Assembly: GCA_051294375.1 (NCBI GenBank)
Contig: CM119266.1
Span: forward strand, 17,726,087-17,790,086
DNA length: 64,000 bases
Reading direction: 5' to 3'
Origin: Paraspadella gotoi
Taxonomy: Eukaryota > Animalia > Chaetognatha
The position numbers were made by a program, and so were the translations under genes. Shown in pieces: positions 23,041 to 36,500 of the stretch (positions are counted from its first letter, which is position 1; every line of letters begins with the position of its first letter). The notes under the pieces were generated by a model. It was given only the letters and a program-made list of their open reading frames with translations, was not told where the DNA came from and searched no databases.

Positions 23041-26000
23041 ATGGCTTTGGCTACCACCTCCGTCTTCTCCCGAGCCAATTTCCTTCTGCAATGTGCCAAT
23101 CGTCAACCCCATCTGCTGCGTGACGAAGGGCTGCGTTCGACCCTGAGCCTCCCGCCCTCAACCCAAGCGGAGGAGAGCGGCGTCAAGTGGAAAAGCATCC
23201 ACGATCAACTCGTCGATCTTTTCTTAGAATTGAGAGACGCGGCGGAGGCGGCCGCCGACGAGGACGACGGCCGGATCCGTCATCCGCCAGGAAATCTCCT
23301 TGGAATTTTGGTGGAGAGGGAAAAACTCAACACTCTCGTGCTAAAACTCTATCCAGGCAACGAAGGATACGCCCTTTTGCTCAAGGGTCAAAACGGAAAT
23401 CCGGACTCGGAGACGATTCGTCTTCCTTACGAGGAGGAAGACTTTCTAAACTTTGTGGACAACGAACAGCTGCCTCCGGTGGTTGGAGAGCTTTTGCAGC
23501 AAGTGAGAACTCGGATTTATAAAATAATATAGTTTAAAGATCGTAAGTTTTAAAATTTTACCCTCCAAGTGTCAAGAAAACTACTTTTACTCTGGTTGCG
23601 TGATCCTCGAAGTGAAAGACTTCCGCCGCCTCCCTCCGGACGCCGTCCCCGCCGAAGGTTGCGCCTGGGACGATCTGCCTCACGTCCTCGACTTCATTCT
23701 CCTCCGTCCCAACAATCTTAATCTCGTCGGCGGTATCAACGGTTACATCGCTGCTTCTGGACCCGGAGACCCCAATTCTCGTTGGACCCAAGAGGAGCGA
23801 GACTCGCTGGAGTCGCAGCTCCTCTTGGCCACCTCCGATCCGCTATGCCTCAATCCGGATCCCTCCGTCGGCGTCGTCCTTAACAAACTTTATTTCGAGC
23901 GACAAAAACTCAATCGATCTTCGACGAGAAAATCGGCTCGACGCGACGGCCTCGTTGCCAGGAATCGTCGCAAGTTCTTCTCGACTCTCCCGGCGCCGCG
24001 CGAACTCTCCCTGCACGAATTCCTCCGGCGCCGGGAAGGTGGGCGCCGCAAGACGGTCCCGTCCGTGAGTCTCCGCATCTCCAAGTCTCTCGCCGTCGAT
24101 TCCTGGCGACGGCGGAATCATAAACTCGATCCCCCGAAGTCCAGCGTCAAGAGTCTCGTGGACAAAGTGGCAAAAGCTCTGCCCTTCGAGATCTCGTCGA
24201 CTAATGCGTTGCCCGTCACTGTGGAAGAGTTCATCCTGGAAACTGAGAGACAAACGGGGAAAGTCAACTACACTCGCGTCGTCATTCAACAAAGACCGAC
24301 CGACCATCTCTACATCGGCGAACTATACGTCGACAAGGATTTCGAAGATGGAAAACTCAAAGGCTCCTCTTGCAAATTTCCGCTGGGAACAAAAACCGCG
24401 GTGGAGAAGTACATTCAACAGTTCACGGAGATCGTGACGGAGGAAGGTCGACGTCCGGTGAAGATCACTCACGTTGTGCCGGGTCTGTAATGGATGAACT
24501 TATTATTCAATATATTTGTTTGAGTTATTAAATCTCATTTTTATGTTTCAGCATATAAATATATATGAAAATTGTAAAATTACTTGTTTCACTATCGTTA
24601 ATTTTTTAGATTTAAAAATAACTATTGTTTATGATTTTATTTATTTGTTATAATATATATTATATTATATATTATTATATTATATATTGGTTGTACCAAT
24701 TTCATATATATGTATATGTATTTGTGTTAAATATTTAAGTTTGGGATGGGACGTGAGTGTTGTCTTCTTGAATTAGTGTTCAGCTACACAACACAAGGTT
24801 AGATTACCTTCTGTTCTTGTTTTCTAATAGATATCGTACATCATTCCTGTTAGAAAATCATTATCTAAAAGACTGAACAAAAAGGGGAATGTATAATTTT
24901 TTGGGAGATTAAGGTTATATTGTATGATTGTTAAGGATAAGACTACCTTGTACCTTGTAGAATCGTATGTTCTGATAGGTATACATACTGGGGAAAGTTT
25001 TATAGGGGCACCTTTATATTTCGAATGTAATTTTAAATTATATCTTATGTTATGGAATGTTTTTCTAAGTTTCTTTTTATATACTTTATGTACTTTTAAT
25101 ATATTTTGTAATGTATAATAATATAATCATATAAACCCCACCTTACAGGTCAAGCGGCCAAGATCTGTTCCACTCAAGGATTGACAATCTCGAATTCGAC
25201 GCCGAAGACTCCCCGTCGAATTTCGTCGTCGTCGTCGTCGAGTCTGCCGCAGACTTCCCCGTCGCAAACATTCGGCGCCGCTCAGTCCAACGCTGCCGAT
25301 GGCGGCGGTGGTGGCGGGGGCGTTCAAGGAATGATGTCGCCGGGATTGGCGGCGGCCGCGTCGGCCTTTTCCGCTCTCCAAAGCAAAAAATCGGTCAATG
25401 CTCCGTCGACGTCGCAACTGAAAATAAATCTTTCGGCCGGAATGATTCCCACCACCAACGTTCAGCTCGTCAACGCCGGAAATTCGGCCAATTCGGCGCC
25501 GACTGGAACTTCTATTGCGACGATTCTGCCGGACGGAAACGCCTCTCATTATTCCATCATCTCATCGGACGAGGAATCGACTTCCGGCGCCAACGTCGTC
25601 GCGTCGGGAGTCAATCAATCGATCAATCAAAATCTGACGAATCTCCAGACGATTCCAGCCGGAACTCAATTGCAATTTCAGCAGCTGTCACAAGTTACGC
25701 AACAGCAGCAAACGCAACAGCAACACGCTATTTCGCTGCATCATCAAATTGGCGGTGGATTCGGTGGATTGAAGCAGAACATTGGGAGAACTAATAATGC
25801 GAGTTTGAGTTTGACTCGACAATCGACTGGAACTGTGAGCCAATCGCCGACTCCATCCAACTCAGCCAATGCAGTCAACTCCAACATCTTTCAAAATCTC
25901 TCTCAACTTCAGCAGCAACAACAACAGCAACAACACTCGTCCCATTCCGTCACTACGAACATTCTTCAACGGAACGCTCTTCAACAGCAGCAGCAGCAGC

Positions 26001-27019
26001 AGCAAACGTTTAATCGACGAAGTTCTGGCGGGTTGATCCGCGCTGCAGGGCCCCAACTTCGTATCCACCAACAGAGTAGCGACGTCGCTTCCTCGAGCGG
26101 CGGCGGAGGCGGTTTGATCCAAATTCATCCTAATCAAGCTACATCCGGAGGTCCGAATATAATTCAGATTCATCAAGGACAAATACTAAATACGGCCAAC
26201 GCCGGTGGATTGATTCAGAGTAATCAAGACTTGACCAGAACCATTTCTCCCGGGGCGGCAACGATCATCCCCAACGCCTCCAGCTCTTCAATCAATCTGG
26301 CCAATCTCCAGAAAATTCAGATCCAGCGCGGCGCGGGCAACATCAACTTGAACGCCTTGTCGGCGCAGGGATCCGGCGTTAGCAACATCAGTTTGGGTTC
26401 TCTGCCCACACAGCTGCAAATGCAGATTGGTGGCGTCGGCGGCGGCGCCGGCATCACCGTTCCGGTCAGTCTCGCCGCCGCATTGACGCAGTCCGTCGCC
26501 GCCAACTCATCGGGGGCCAACGTCGGCGGCGGAATTCAGCAGTCGTCTTCCGTTCCAGCCTCCATCGCCTTGGCTCTTGGCTCATTGGCGCAGCCTCAAT
26601 CCGGGGGAACTGTTTCGTCGTCCACTCCGAAGTTCCTTACCACTGGAGGCTCCGGTCAGGTCTTCGTCACTTCCAACGCGGTTCAGCAAAGCGGAGCCGC
26701 CTTGCAGCAGCCGACGCAGCAGCCGCATCAAAATCAAGCGTCGCAACAACAGCAACAGCTAGTCATGGCAGCTGCTGGACCTTTTTTACAGATCAATGCA
26801 TCTGGAGCGACGGCTTCAATGAAGGGAACCGTCAACGCGAGCTCAGCTCAGATCAGAGGAAATCAAATACCAATGTTGCAGACTATGGGCATTCATCAGC
26901 AGCCACAACAGCAAAACATTCTCTTGACCAGTCAGCCACTCCAGCAACAGCAATTGCAGCAGCAGCAGCATTTGGAACAAAGATCCGCTTCAGGAGTTCA
27001 ACGTTTCAGAATAATATAA
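23041..27019 (+). CDS. SUPT20H: SAGA complex subunit Spt20 homologue with Q/S/G-rich C-terminus (3 exons)
   Basis: Exons 23041-23502, 23570-24482, 25149-27019. Motifs LNTLVLKLYPGNEGY, ETIRLPYEE, FYSGCVI.EV.DFR, LLRP, LESQLLLAT..PLCL.P and YIQQFTEI.TEEGRRPVKI. Confidence 0.9.
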
Positions 27020-27508
27020 TAATATTTATAATATATACTCCACATTTTAATTTAGAATCATTGTTTAAAAATTCTTTTTAAACATTAACTTTATTAAAGT
27101 TAAAAGACTTTTGCAATGTCCATGTTTCTCAAAAGATGATATGATTATCCACATAATGTTATCGTTGAAGAATTTTGTCCGTTCCTTACCAGATCTTCCC
27201 ACACAATATATAGTTTGTTCAATGATTAAATTGATTATTCCCTAATTTTGTGGGTTTTTTTTTACTGGAATTATATTTCCAAAATTAACTCATGAAATTT
27301 TTTCGCCACGTCGATTTCCCTCCCCAAAATTTTTTTTTTTTAAATTCTAGCTGTTTTACAATGAAAACTAATTGCTTAAAATCATCTTTAAAAAAAAACT
27401 AGATAAATTTGAAAAAAAAACAGCGATGAATGCGTTTTAAAAAAATCTCACATTCGCCGCTCAATGAGGATCACGTGATTCGAGAGCAAAAGAAACTAAA
27501 AACAGAAA

Positions 27509-30500
27509 ATGGTTTTAACCAAAGTGGTAACGAGTGGCTCTCAGCCTCTCACCGCCTATAAAACCCACATCCCCTACTCTCACTTCCCAGGTAAGAAGAT
27601 TTATTCAATTTGGTTTAAACGTCATCGCTAACAATATCAACTAATTAAGAAGAAAGTTTATTATCTTCGTAATGGAGTTTACACTAAATCAATTTATTTT
27701 GCCAAATATTTCGACATAGTCTGTCATCTTTAATGACAAGACAGAAAATGCTTAAAAATTAAATTTGAGAGGGAGAGACCCCTGAAAGACCCAAAAGTAT
27801 TGGCCTCGCCCTGGAATTCAAGCCTCGGTTTTTTCATAAATTCCCCAGTCTTCCGTTTTGTTTACAGTTGTGTGTATCATTATCAATATAAAAAACATAG
27901 TCAAACGTATTATGTATTAAACAGTTAGTCTTTAATTTTTAGTTGCGCCGCGACTACATGGGCTCAGAAAGTTATTGTAGTCATGACATGTCACGAAAAA
28001 TACACGTGATAAGGCAGTCACTGCACACATTACCGTTATTGTTATTCTATTTATTAACATTAACATCAGCCGCGGCCGAGATGCTTCCGACTCTTAACCT
28101 TTCCGGCCAAGAACTTCAACCCGGCGGCGCGAACGCCCTCTCGGCTCCGCTACTTCCCACCGACGCCTCTACAGTGCTCAAGGGAGCGCAGGTTTGAAAC
28201 TTGTTATGAAATTATTATAGACTAGCGATAAACCTATGTTAAACTCGTTTCCAGGCTTCCGTCTCTCGCGAAGAGTTCCTCCAAGCTCTCTCCCATGTCC
28301 TGGGTCAACTGGACGTTCTTTGGAAGCACGTCCAACGCCTCGAGCGAGAGATCGCCGGCTCAGGATCCGGAAAACCCTCCACGCCGATGCCGGGACCGCC
28401 GCCACCAAATTTGCAACCGACGCCAGGTCCTCACGACGCCGCCTCCACGCCCATTCCCGACATGACGACGGCCGCCGTCCAACGAACCGACGCCAACTTT
28501 CACTCGGGATTTCTCGGCTCAGGCGCTGCCGCCGCGGGGCGGAGTTTTGGCGGCGGCGGCGCCTCGGGGTCTTACTACACGGCGCCCGACACTCTGCCCG
28601 AATTAAGAGCGGAAGACGTGAGGGTTTTAGGAGCTGGTGGAGCCAACGGAACAGACGTTGGACTCGAACTGAGGAAAAGCGGATTCGGTCACAGGTCGAG
28701 AATTAAGTTTTACATTACTACTATTAAGTGTAAATTAGATATTAATATGATTTAACAATTATTATTCATAATTATGTAAGAAGGGCATGCATGTAATCCT
28801 GGAGATTAATATATTCTAGAGGTCTATGGGAAAATGAAGAGCAAGGTTTTTTTATCTCACCAGACGGGCGAATGTCAGACTTTGGCGAGATGTTAATTCG
28901 TTTCTGCAGCGGTTGTCCAGTTTTTATTTCTCTCTCTTTTTTTTCCTCTTTTAATTATATGTTGCGCTCTTTCTTTTTTTCCATCGCAGCTTCTTCTGAT
29001 TCGTCTAAAAACGAATTTGCTCTGCAGCGGCTGTTCAGCTTCTCTCTATCTTTATCTCTCTCTTTCTCTCTCTCTCTGTCATTCATATACTCATTTGTTT
29101 GTTGTTTTTTTTTACAATGAAATTGGTACAACCAATATAAAAATATCCATTCATTTAATAAATAAGCTATTTTGTCCCTGACTATATAATGATAACAATT
29201 TTTTAAAATCAATTTTAACTTTTTTTGATAGATTCTGATAGAGCATAAAAAGTTAAATAAAAAATATAACTATAACTTTCTGAGATTCTTATGTTTTCTT
29301 ATTTAAAATTAAGAAAAAATAATAAAATTATTGAAAGATGATGATGATTATAAATAGATTTTTATATTTTTCACCCACTTATAATCAAAATATTAAAAAA
29401 AGAATTATATTTTGTGTAGACAACTTTTTGCAAGCGACCTGAATCTTATCTTAAAAATAAAAAAATCCAAAAAAAATTTTTAGCTTTTCTTATTTATAAA
29501 GAAATATTAAAAAATTAATATATGGGGTATGGAGTAATATTAAAATTTTTTGTCTAATCAAATTTTTTAAAAAATGTTTAAATTTTTGTTTGAGCAGGTG
29601 CTTCATTCAAATTTTTTAATGACTCTCATCGCATCAATGTATAATTATCATCGCATCAATGTATGATTATCATCGTATCAATAAATGACTATCATCGCAT
29701 CAATGAATGTCTATTATCGCATCCTTCCATTGGTTATCATCTCCTCATTCCTTTGGTTATCATCTCCTCAATCTTTTGGTTGTCATCGCATCAATCCTTT
29801 GGTTATCATCGCATCAATCTTTTGGTTATCATCGCATCATCATTATTTATTATTTATTATTTATATACATCAATCAATCCATTATTATTATATCAATCAA
29901 TTAATTATTATTACATCCATCAATTAATTACAATTACATCAATCAATCAATTACTATTATCTCAATCAATTATTATTACATTAATAATTCGTTATCGTAT
30001 TATTCTTTTTTTTTTCATATTTTTTTATTAATTTTCTTTGATAGCAACGTCTGGCAAGATCACTATACTTTTAAGATTTTTTAATAAATTATTGGAAAAA
30101 GAGGAGGATAATTTTTCGTAAAGAAAAACTAAAAGTAATCAGATATCAAAATTTTTTAACATTTGTTATTGTTATTATTATATTAATGTTTAGATAATAA
30201 ATATATTACAGTTAAAAGTTAAGGTTATGGTAAATTAAGATTAGGAATAAATTAAGATTAAATGTAAGTTAAAAAGAAGGGTATAGAGGGGTAAATTAAG
30301 GTTAGGGTTAAGGATAATTAAGGGTTAGGGGCAAGTTTGGGTTAATAGTAAGTTTGTGTTAAATGTAAATTAGGGTTAAAGATAGATTTAAAACAAAGTC
30401 TCATCTTAAGTATAAGATATTTTAAATTATTTAAAGCAACAAAATTTTATTAGCATTTATAAATAATAAACTTTTTTAAATATAAGCCTTCATCAAAATA

Positions 30501-33500
30501 ATTTGTTTCTAAAAAAATTATTATTTATAAATGATAATAATTTTTTTTGTTTCAAACAATTTCAATACACAATAAAACGAAAGAAATCACTCAATAATTC
30601 AAATAAAATTTTTAAAAATAATAATATAATAATAATAAATTTATAAAAAATATAATAATAATATTTAAAAAAGTTGTTTTAATAATAAAAATATGAAAAG
30701 AAATATCTTATCCAATAAATTCATTGTTGTCAATAGCATATTTTTTCTTTTCTGTAAAGAAATGAACTTTGTTTTTTCATCTTTCTCCCATAAGCCTCCA
30801 GAACGTATTCAAATCCAGAATCGCCGTTAAACCTAAGCACAATAACACAAGGTCATGTTTTACTTAATTAAATGTAATTAATCAATTGGTTATATAATAT
30901 TTGTATTCACTTCTACTTTACTTGATAGCGTGGGTTCGAATCTCACCGCTGCCACCATATTGAAGTAAGTCGGCAGGGATTTTTAAGGCGAAATCAGGAG
31001 AGGTTTCATTCTGAGAATAAGTTACCAACGATGAGACTCACGCTGAAATCAGAATGATTTCTCTACTTAACTGCAACAGGCAACAGTCAATTTATAGCCA
31101 CAAAGCGGATCATGAACAAGAGAGAAAAATTGAAAATGTTCTTTTTCGGCGACTGATTGCTGAATATTCTGGGCGATTCCATTCGCCGATTCCGTTTCGG
31201 ATCCGGAAAGTACTGGTTCCATAAAAGTTTCTGGGTCCTTCGATGATCGGAAAAAAAAAATTTGCCATAAAGAGTAATTGTAAATAATTTTCTTTCCACA
31301 GCCCTTCTCCTCCTCACGTGGCTTCTCACTTGTCCGCCGCTCATCTCATTCCGTCCCACGGCGGCGGACTTTCTCTCTCCGCCGTCCCGTTAGCGCCGCA
31401 TTTGGACTTGACGGCACCGCTGGCCGTCGCCAGTTCGGGTACGCCTTCCGGGACGGCATCGTCGCGCCAGTTCGCGTCGTCGGCGTTGCATCTCCCTCAC
31501 GTGGCGCCGACGTCCATCGCGATCGGCGCCGGACGAGGCGTCAATTTATCGCAGGAACCGGATACTCAGGAATATGTCAGCGTTAACTTGCCCAACTTAA
31601 GTCCGATCAGGTGTGGTGGGGGTCGTTTGTCAATTTACTTATTCCGATTTTATTAAGATATTATGAAAGTTGAATCACAAACAAGGAAAAATAAAATATA
31701 AATTACTTTAATGTCATCACATGCACTAGTAGAATGCTTAATTAAATACTTATTTTCACTATGGAGTAACAAACAAAATTTTTAATTTTTTTTGCTATAT
31801 ATTTCGACTTAATATTAATATCATCAGTGGCTAAAAGAGGCTAAAAGAGCCACTGATGATGACTTAAAAATTAAGTCGAAATATATGTTTTTGTTTCTTA
31901 TGCACTGTTACTCCATAGTGAAAATAAGTATTTAATTAAAAATATAAATTAATAAATTAATACGACAATATGCATATGAGTTTAATGTATTCATTGGAAA
32001 TGATTCACAAAGTACTCGGCAACATTTCCTCCCCCCACCTCAAGTCGATCGTCGAAAATCTCCAAAGACGGTAGCACGGGTCCGATGCTAAGCGGCACCT
32101 TTGGCGGTGAAATGCTGCAAATGCCCACCGACTCACGCGCCGGCGCCGCAGGCAGCAGCAGCGGCCTCTCCCTCTGGGACAAAAACGAGCCAAACATCTT
32201 CCCGATTTCCCCTGAGCCTCTGGACAAAACGCGCAAGACGGAGCGGCGTTCCTTCACCGCCCCCCTCAACTCCTCCCTCAACCCTCCACTCAACGCCTTC
32301 AATCCTCTCCATCTTCCTACGGGTGACGTGGTGTTGCTGCCGGCGACTTCAGCTTCGGACCCCGCTGCTCTGCATCACGGCCTCGGCCACGCCTCCAACT
32401 CAGCCACGGTCTTCTCTTCCAACCACGCCGTAGATCAGCACGCCGACCTCGCCGCCGCTTCGTCCGCCTCCTCGACCGCCCATGCGGTGGCACTCAACAG
32501 TCTCCAAACGCAGATGGAGTACATCAGCGCGGACGGACTGAACGGACCGCTCCATCTTTCCGTCTTTCCGTCGACGACGATGGCGGCGACGACGTCGACG
32601 ATCCCTTCGTCTTCCTCGCCTTCCGCCGCCATGTCTCTCGTAGCCTCCAAACTCCCGCCCTCTTCCGTCTTCTCCATTCAACAAGTCTCCTCGCAGGTGG
32701 CGGCGGTGGCGATGCAGTCCGCCCCGCCGGCGGCTCCCGTCAGCCTATCGGGATTGCCGACCTCGATTCCAGGAGGAGGAGGATCGCACCTCTTGACTCT
32801 CTCAGCGGCGACGACGACGACGAATTCGACGATTTCGGCATCGAAGATTCCTTCGATCGCGGATCCGTCGCGTCGAACGATGCAGTACGTTGTTTTTTTT
32901 TTGTTTTTTTTCCAGTAATATTTTGTATTTATTACCAAATCAGTACCATCCAGAGAGTATAGTACTATTAGTAGAGCAGCAGTACGTAGTTTTGGACGCA
33001 GTGGTTGCAGAACGACCTGTCTTCTTTTTTCAGTCTGAGGGATACTGTATAAATTACAGAAGGCTTCATATTATAAAATGTGGTACTACTTTTTTGTGAC
33101 CAGAACACGTTCCGAAAAAACTACTTAATAGAATTTAATGAAATTTTGCATGCGGAGTACCAGTAGTGATACAAATGGAACTATCGAGGCGAATTTTTAC
33201 ATTCCACCCCTAAGCTGAGATAAGGGGCCCTGAGGGGGCAGCCCCTTAGGGTTACAAATGGTCAAAATTCTTTTTAAATTTTTTTTATTATTTTTGTTTT
33301 AAACAGTTGCACAGACGTTTAGTCTTCCATAAAAACGTATTTATTACCTCAAAAATATTCATTTACCTCAATTTTTAGCTTCATGAACATCAGCAGTTAA
33401 AATCAGATTTGGAATAATTTGGGAAAATTGGAAGTAAAACGATGAACCATGCATCTTCAACCATGCTTAATTATTGGAAATTTATCAATTTTAGTTCTAA

Positions 33501-36500
33501 AAAGTTTTTTTCTTATGTTTATAACGTCAATGCACCTGATGCTACTAAAAAATTTTGAAAAATAAAAAAAAAATTTAGCATTTTTTGGCCCCTCAGGGTC
33601 CACCCTCAGGGCCCTGTATCTCTTGTCAGGGGTTGAATATCAAAATTCGCCTCGATAGTTCCATTTATTTAGTCATTAGCACTCTAAATGTAAAATTTCA
33701 TTAAATTCGATTGGGTAGTTTGGTGGGAACAGATTATAACACATTTTATAATATGAAGCCTTCTGTATATATAAATATGTTAAATTAAAGGAGAAGCGGT
33801 AAAAACAAATCTTTAAAATTTTGAAAAGAGGTTGTAAGATTTACATTTTATAGATTTTATTTAATAAAAATACATACTAATTACAAAGGAGTGATAAAAA
33901 TCATTGAATTTTCTATTTGTCTTTTACAAAACTTTCTTTCCCCTCGTTAAAAGATATTCTCCTTCGCCACCGACGATTCTGGAAGATGACGATCTGATTT
34001 CGCCGCAGCATCGCGATTCTTCGTCGTTGCAGCATCAGGCGCAGCCGCCGCCGCCAACATCCTCGCACCATCTTCCCTTTCCCTCTTCCCACTTTCTTTC
34101 CCTGAGGTAAGGCACGACGTACTCTGACGCCATTCTTTTGATTACAATATCCAAGACTATAAACCGTCTACTTTCTGTAAAGCAACGCGACAATCTGTGC
34201 ATTTATTTCTGCAGCGAGTTGGACGCGGCGGTGAGCGCTGGCAGCGCCAGCGTCTTGTTAGTCAGTGGAGGTCATCATCACACGGGCGGCGAATCTCATC
34301 CGCAGACGGAGGCCATCTCTCCCATTTTGCCCCGAGGTTAGTTTTTAGTACATCAATCCAATTTGCATATTGTTGCAGAATAAACTGTTCAGTATATCTT
34401 TCAATTTGTTATTTTTAGTAGTTTGGAATAGGATAATGTCGAAAATTCCCCTCCTTTTCTAAGAATTAAATATTTTTCTCTTTTGACTAAACGTCAACGG
34501 TAGTAATATTATTAATGGTTTTCAACGATTATTTCTTCCGCAGGAACGTTGGACACTTGGGTGACAATGGCGGCGCCGGCGTCGACTTCCTCCAACAGCA
34601 GCAACCAGTTCGGCGTCGACAACCTAGTCTCGGACATGTTCGTCTCCGCTGCCGCGGGTAAAAAGGAGAAGTTTTTTAACGTTCAATAAGTATAATAGAA
34701 TATGTGATTCATATAATAAAATTAACTTTATCCAGCGGCAGGCGTCGGAGTCTCAGTTGCTCCTGGAACCTGCGTCTGCATTCTCTGCGGACATTTGGTT
34801 CCGCAGACACAATTGGAGAAGCATCAGTGCGCCAACGCCGCCGGTGGTGGTGGTGGAATTCTTCCATCCACCTCTAATTCAGCTGTCGTTCGATCTGCGA
34901 GGCCGGGCAGTCCGCGCCACGGAGAATCGACGCAGTTGTCCGTCAATCACGCGACGCCCGCTATCGGGCAACCTCCGCCACCTTCGCCGTCGAGCAGCTC
35001 CGCCACCGAAGGTCCGCCCATCACATTTCACGGTCCCGCCGTCTCCGCGCATTTGCTTCAATCGATGGGAGAAGGTGAGTTTGCTATGATGAAAATTGAT
35101 TGTAATATTTTTTTAAATTTACGTACTAATAGATAGAAAACTTTAAATTACTAACTTAGAACTAATTATTGAATTGTTTATTTAGATAGATATATATAGA
35201 TATTGAGATAAATAGATATCTGGAAAAACTACAGTACTACACCGTTATTCTCCATTATGAAAATACATTCATGTTTATATTACAATAGATTTAAACAGTT
35301 TAAATAGATGTAAGAAAATTGATATCTAATTTTCAGGAGATTACATCCCTTCCTCTCCCGCCGGAAGCCAAGTGGAGTCTACAGGCGGCGTGATTGGTCT
35401 AAGTATCGTCGCCGCCGGTGGCGCCGGCAACGGGAGCCTCAGCAACTCTCCTCCTGACACGCCCATTTCTTCGCAGCATCCCGCGGTCGTGTCTTCTCTC
35501 GCTTTACCGCAACCACCTTCTCTGCAGCATCCACCTCTTCCGCATTTGGTCGCGCACCCGCGCTCGATTAATTTGAATCCAAAGACAGAGCCCATGTTTT
35601 CGCTTCATTCGCCGCCGCTTTCTCTCGGTAAATATTGAACAGTTATTCAAATACAAAGGATATTCTATAGCAACAGCCACTTTGCCTGTAATGCCCATTG
35701 GGATAGGGCATCTCACTGTTGGCTTTGGAAGCTTCCGCCCCTCAGTGACGCCTCCTGTCACTGGCGCGGTTATCCTTTGCCAACGCAGAGGGAGGTCGTT
35801 AAGACTGCGTTCTCCCTCCGAGCCAATGGGATTGGCTGAATGATGATGGACGTGAGACGGTGTGAATATACCGCCACAATTCAAACATTCCCGCATTTTG
35901 TTGTTTGCATTGTTTTCTCTTTCAGGAATATAAAGATTATTTCGCCTCCATTTTCCTCTCATGTTCGATATCTATATCAAGCATCTATTTTTAATCCCCT
36001 TTATTCAGCTTCTGCACTTGGCGTTCACAATCTCCCCGCCAGCTCCTCCCCCGCAAAACCGTCGCCGCTGCTACTCCCGCTGAAAAAGGCGCCTGACCGC
36101 CTCGTCCATTTGGACACCGCGGCGTCGCTCGCCCTTCCGCCGGGCCCGCGACCGAAGACGGAGCCGTTCCCGGAAGAAGAGATGGCGCTGTCTCCGATCA
36201 GCGTGGCCAGCTCCGCCGGCGCCGTCAAGAAACGAGGCGTTCCTCACATCTGCACTTTGTGCGGAAAGAGATTTTCAAAAAAGTGGAACCTTCAACTTCA
36301 TCAACTGACCCATTCGGGAAAGAAGCCCTATGTGTGTCGCTTCTGCTCCAAAGCCTTTTCGCGGACAAATATCTTAAAAAAGCACGAAACGACTCATCAT
36401 CCCGAGGAGGCCAACCGCGCTCTGACGTTGTCGTCTTCGGCGCCGTCGCTCACCGCATCCTCTACGACGATCGCCAAATCCCCGTCGGTAAAGAAAAGTC

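Noticed and set aside
29625-29995. Regularly spaced repeats, superficially CRISPR-like
   Set aside because: Degenerate tandem units without unique spacers, in a eukaryotic intron, with no cas genes.
30295-30380. TTAGGG-like motifs
   Set aside because: Only a few degenerate units. Too weak to call an interstitial telomere.
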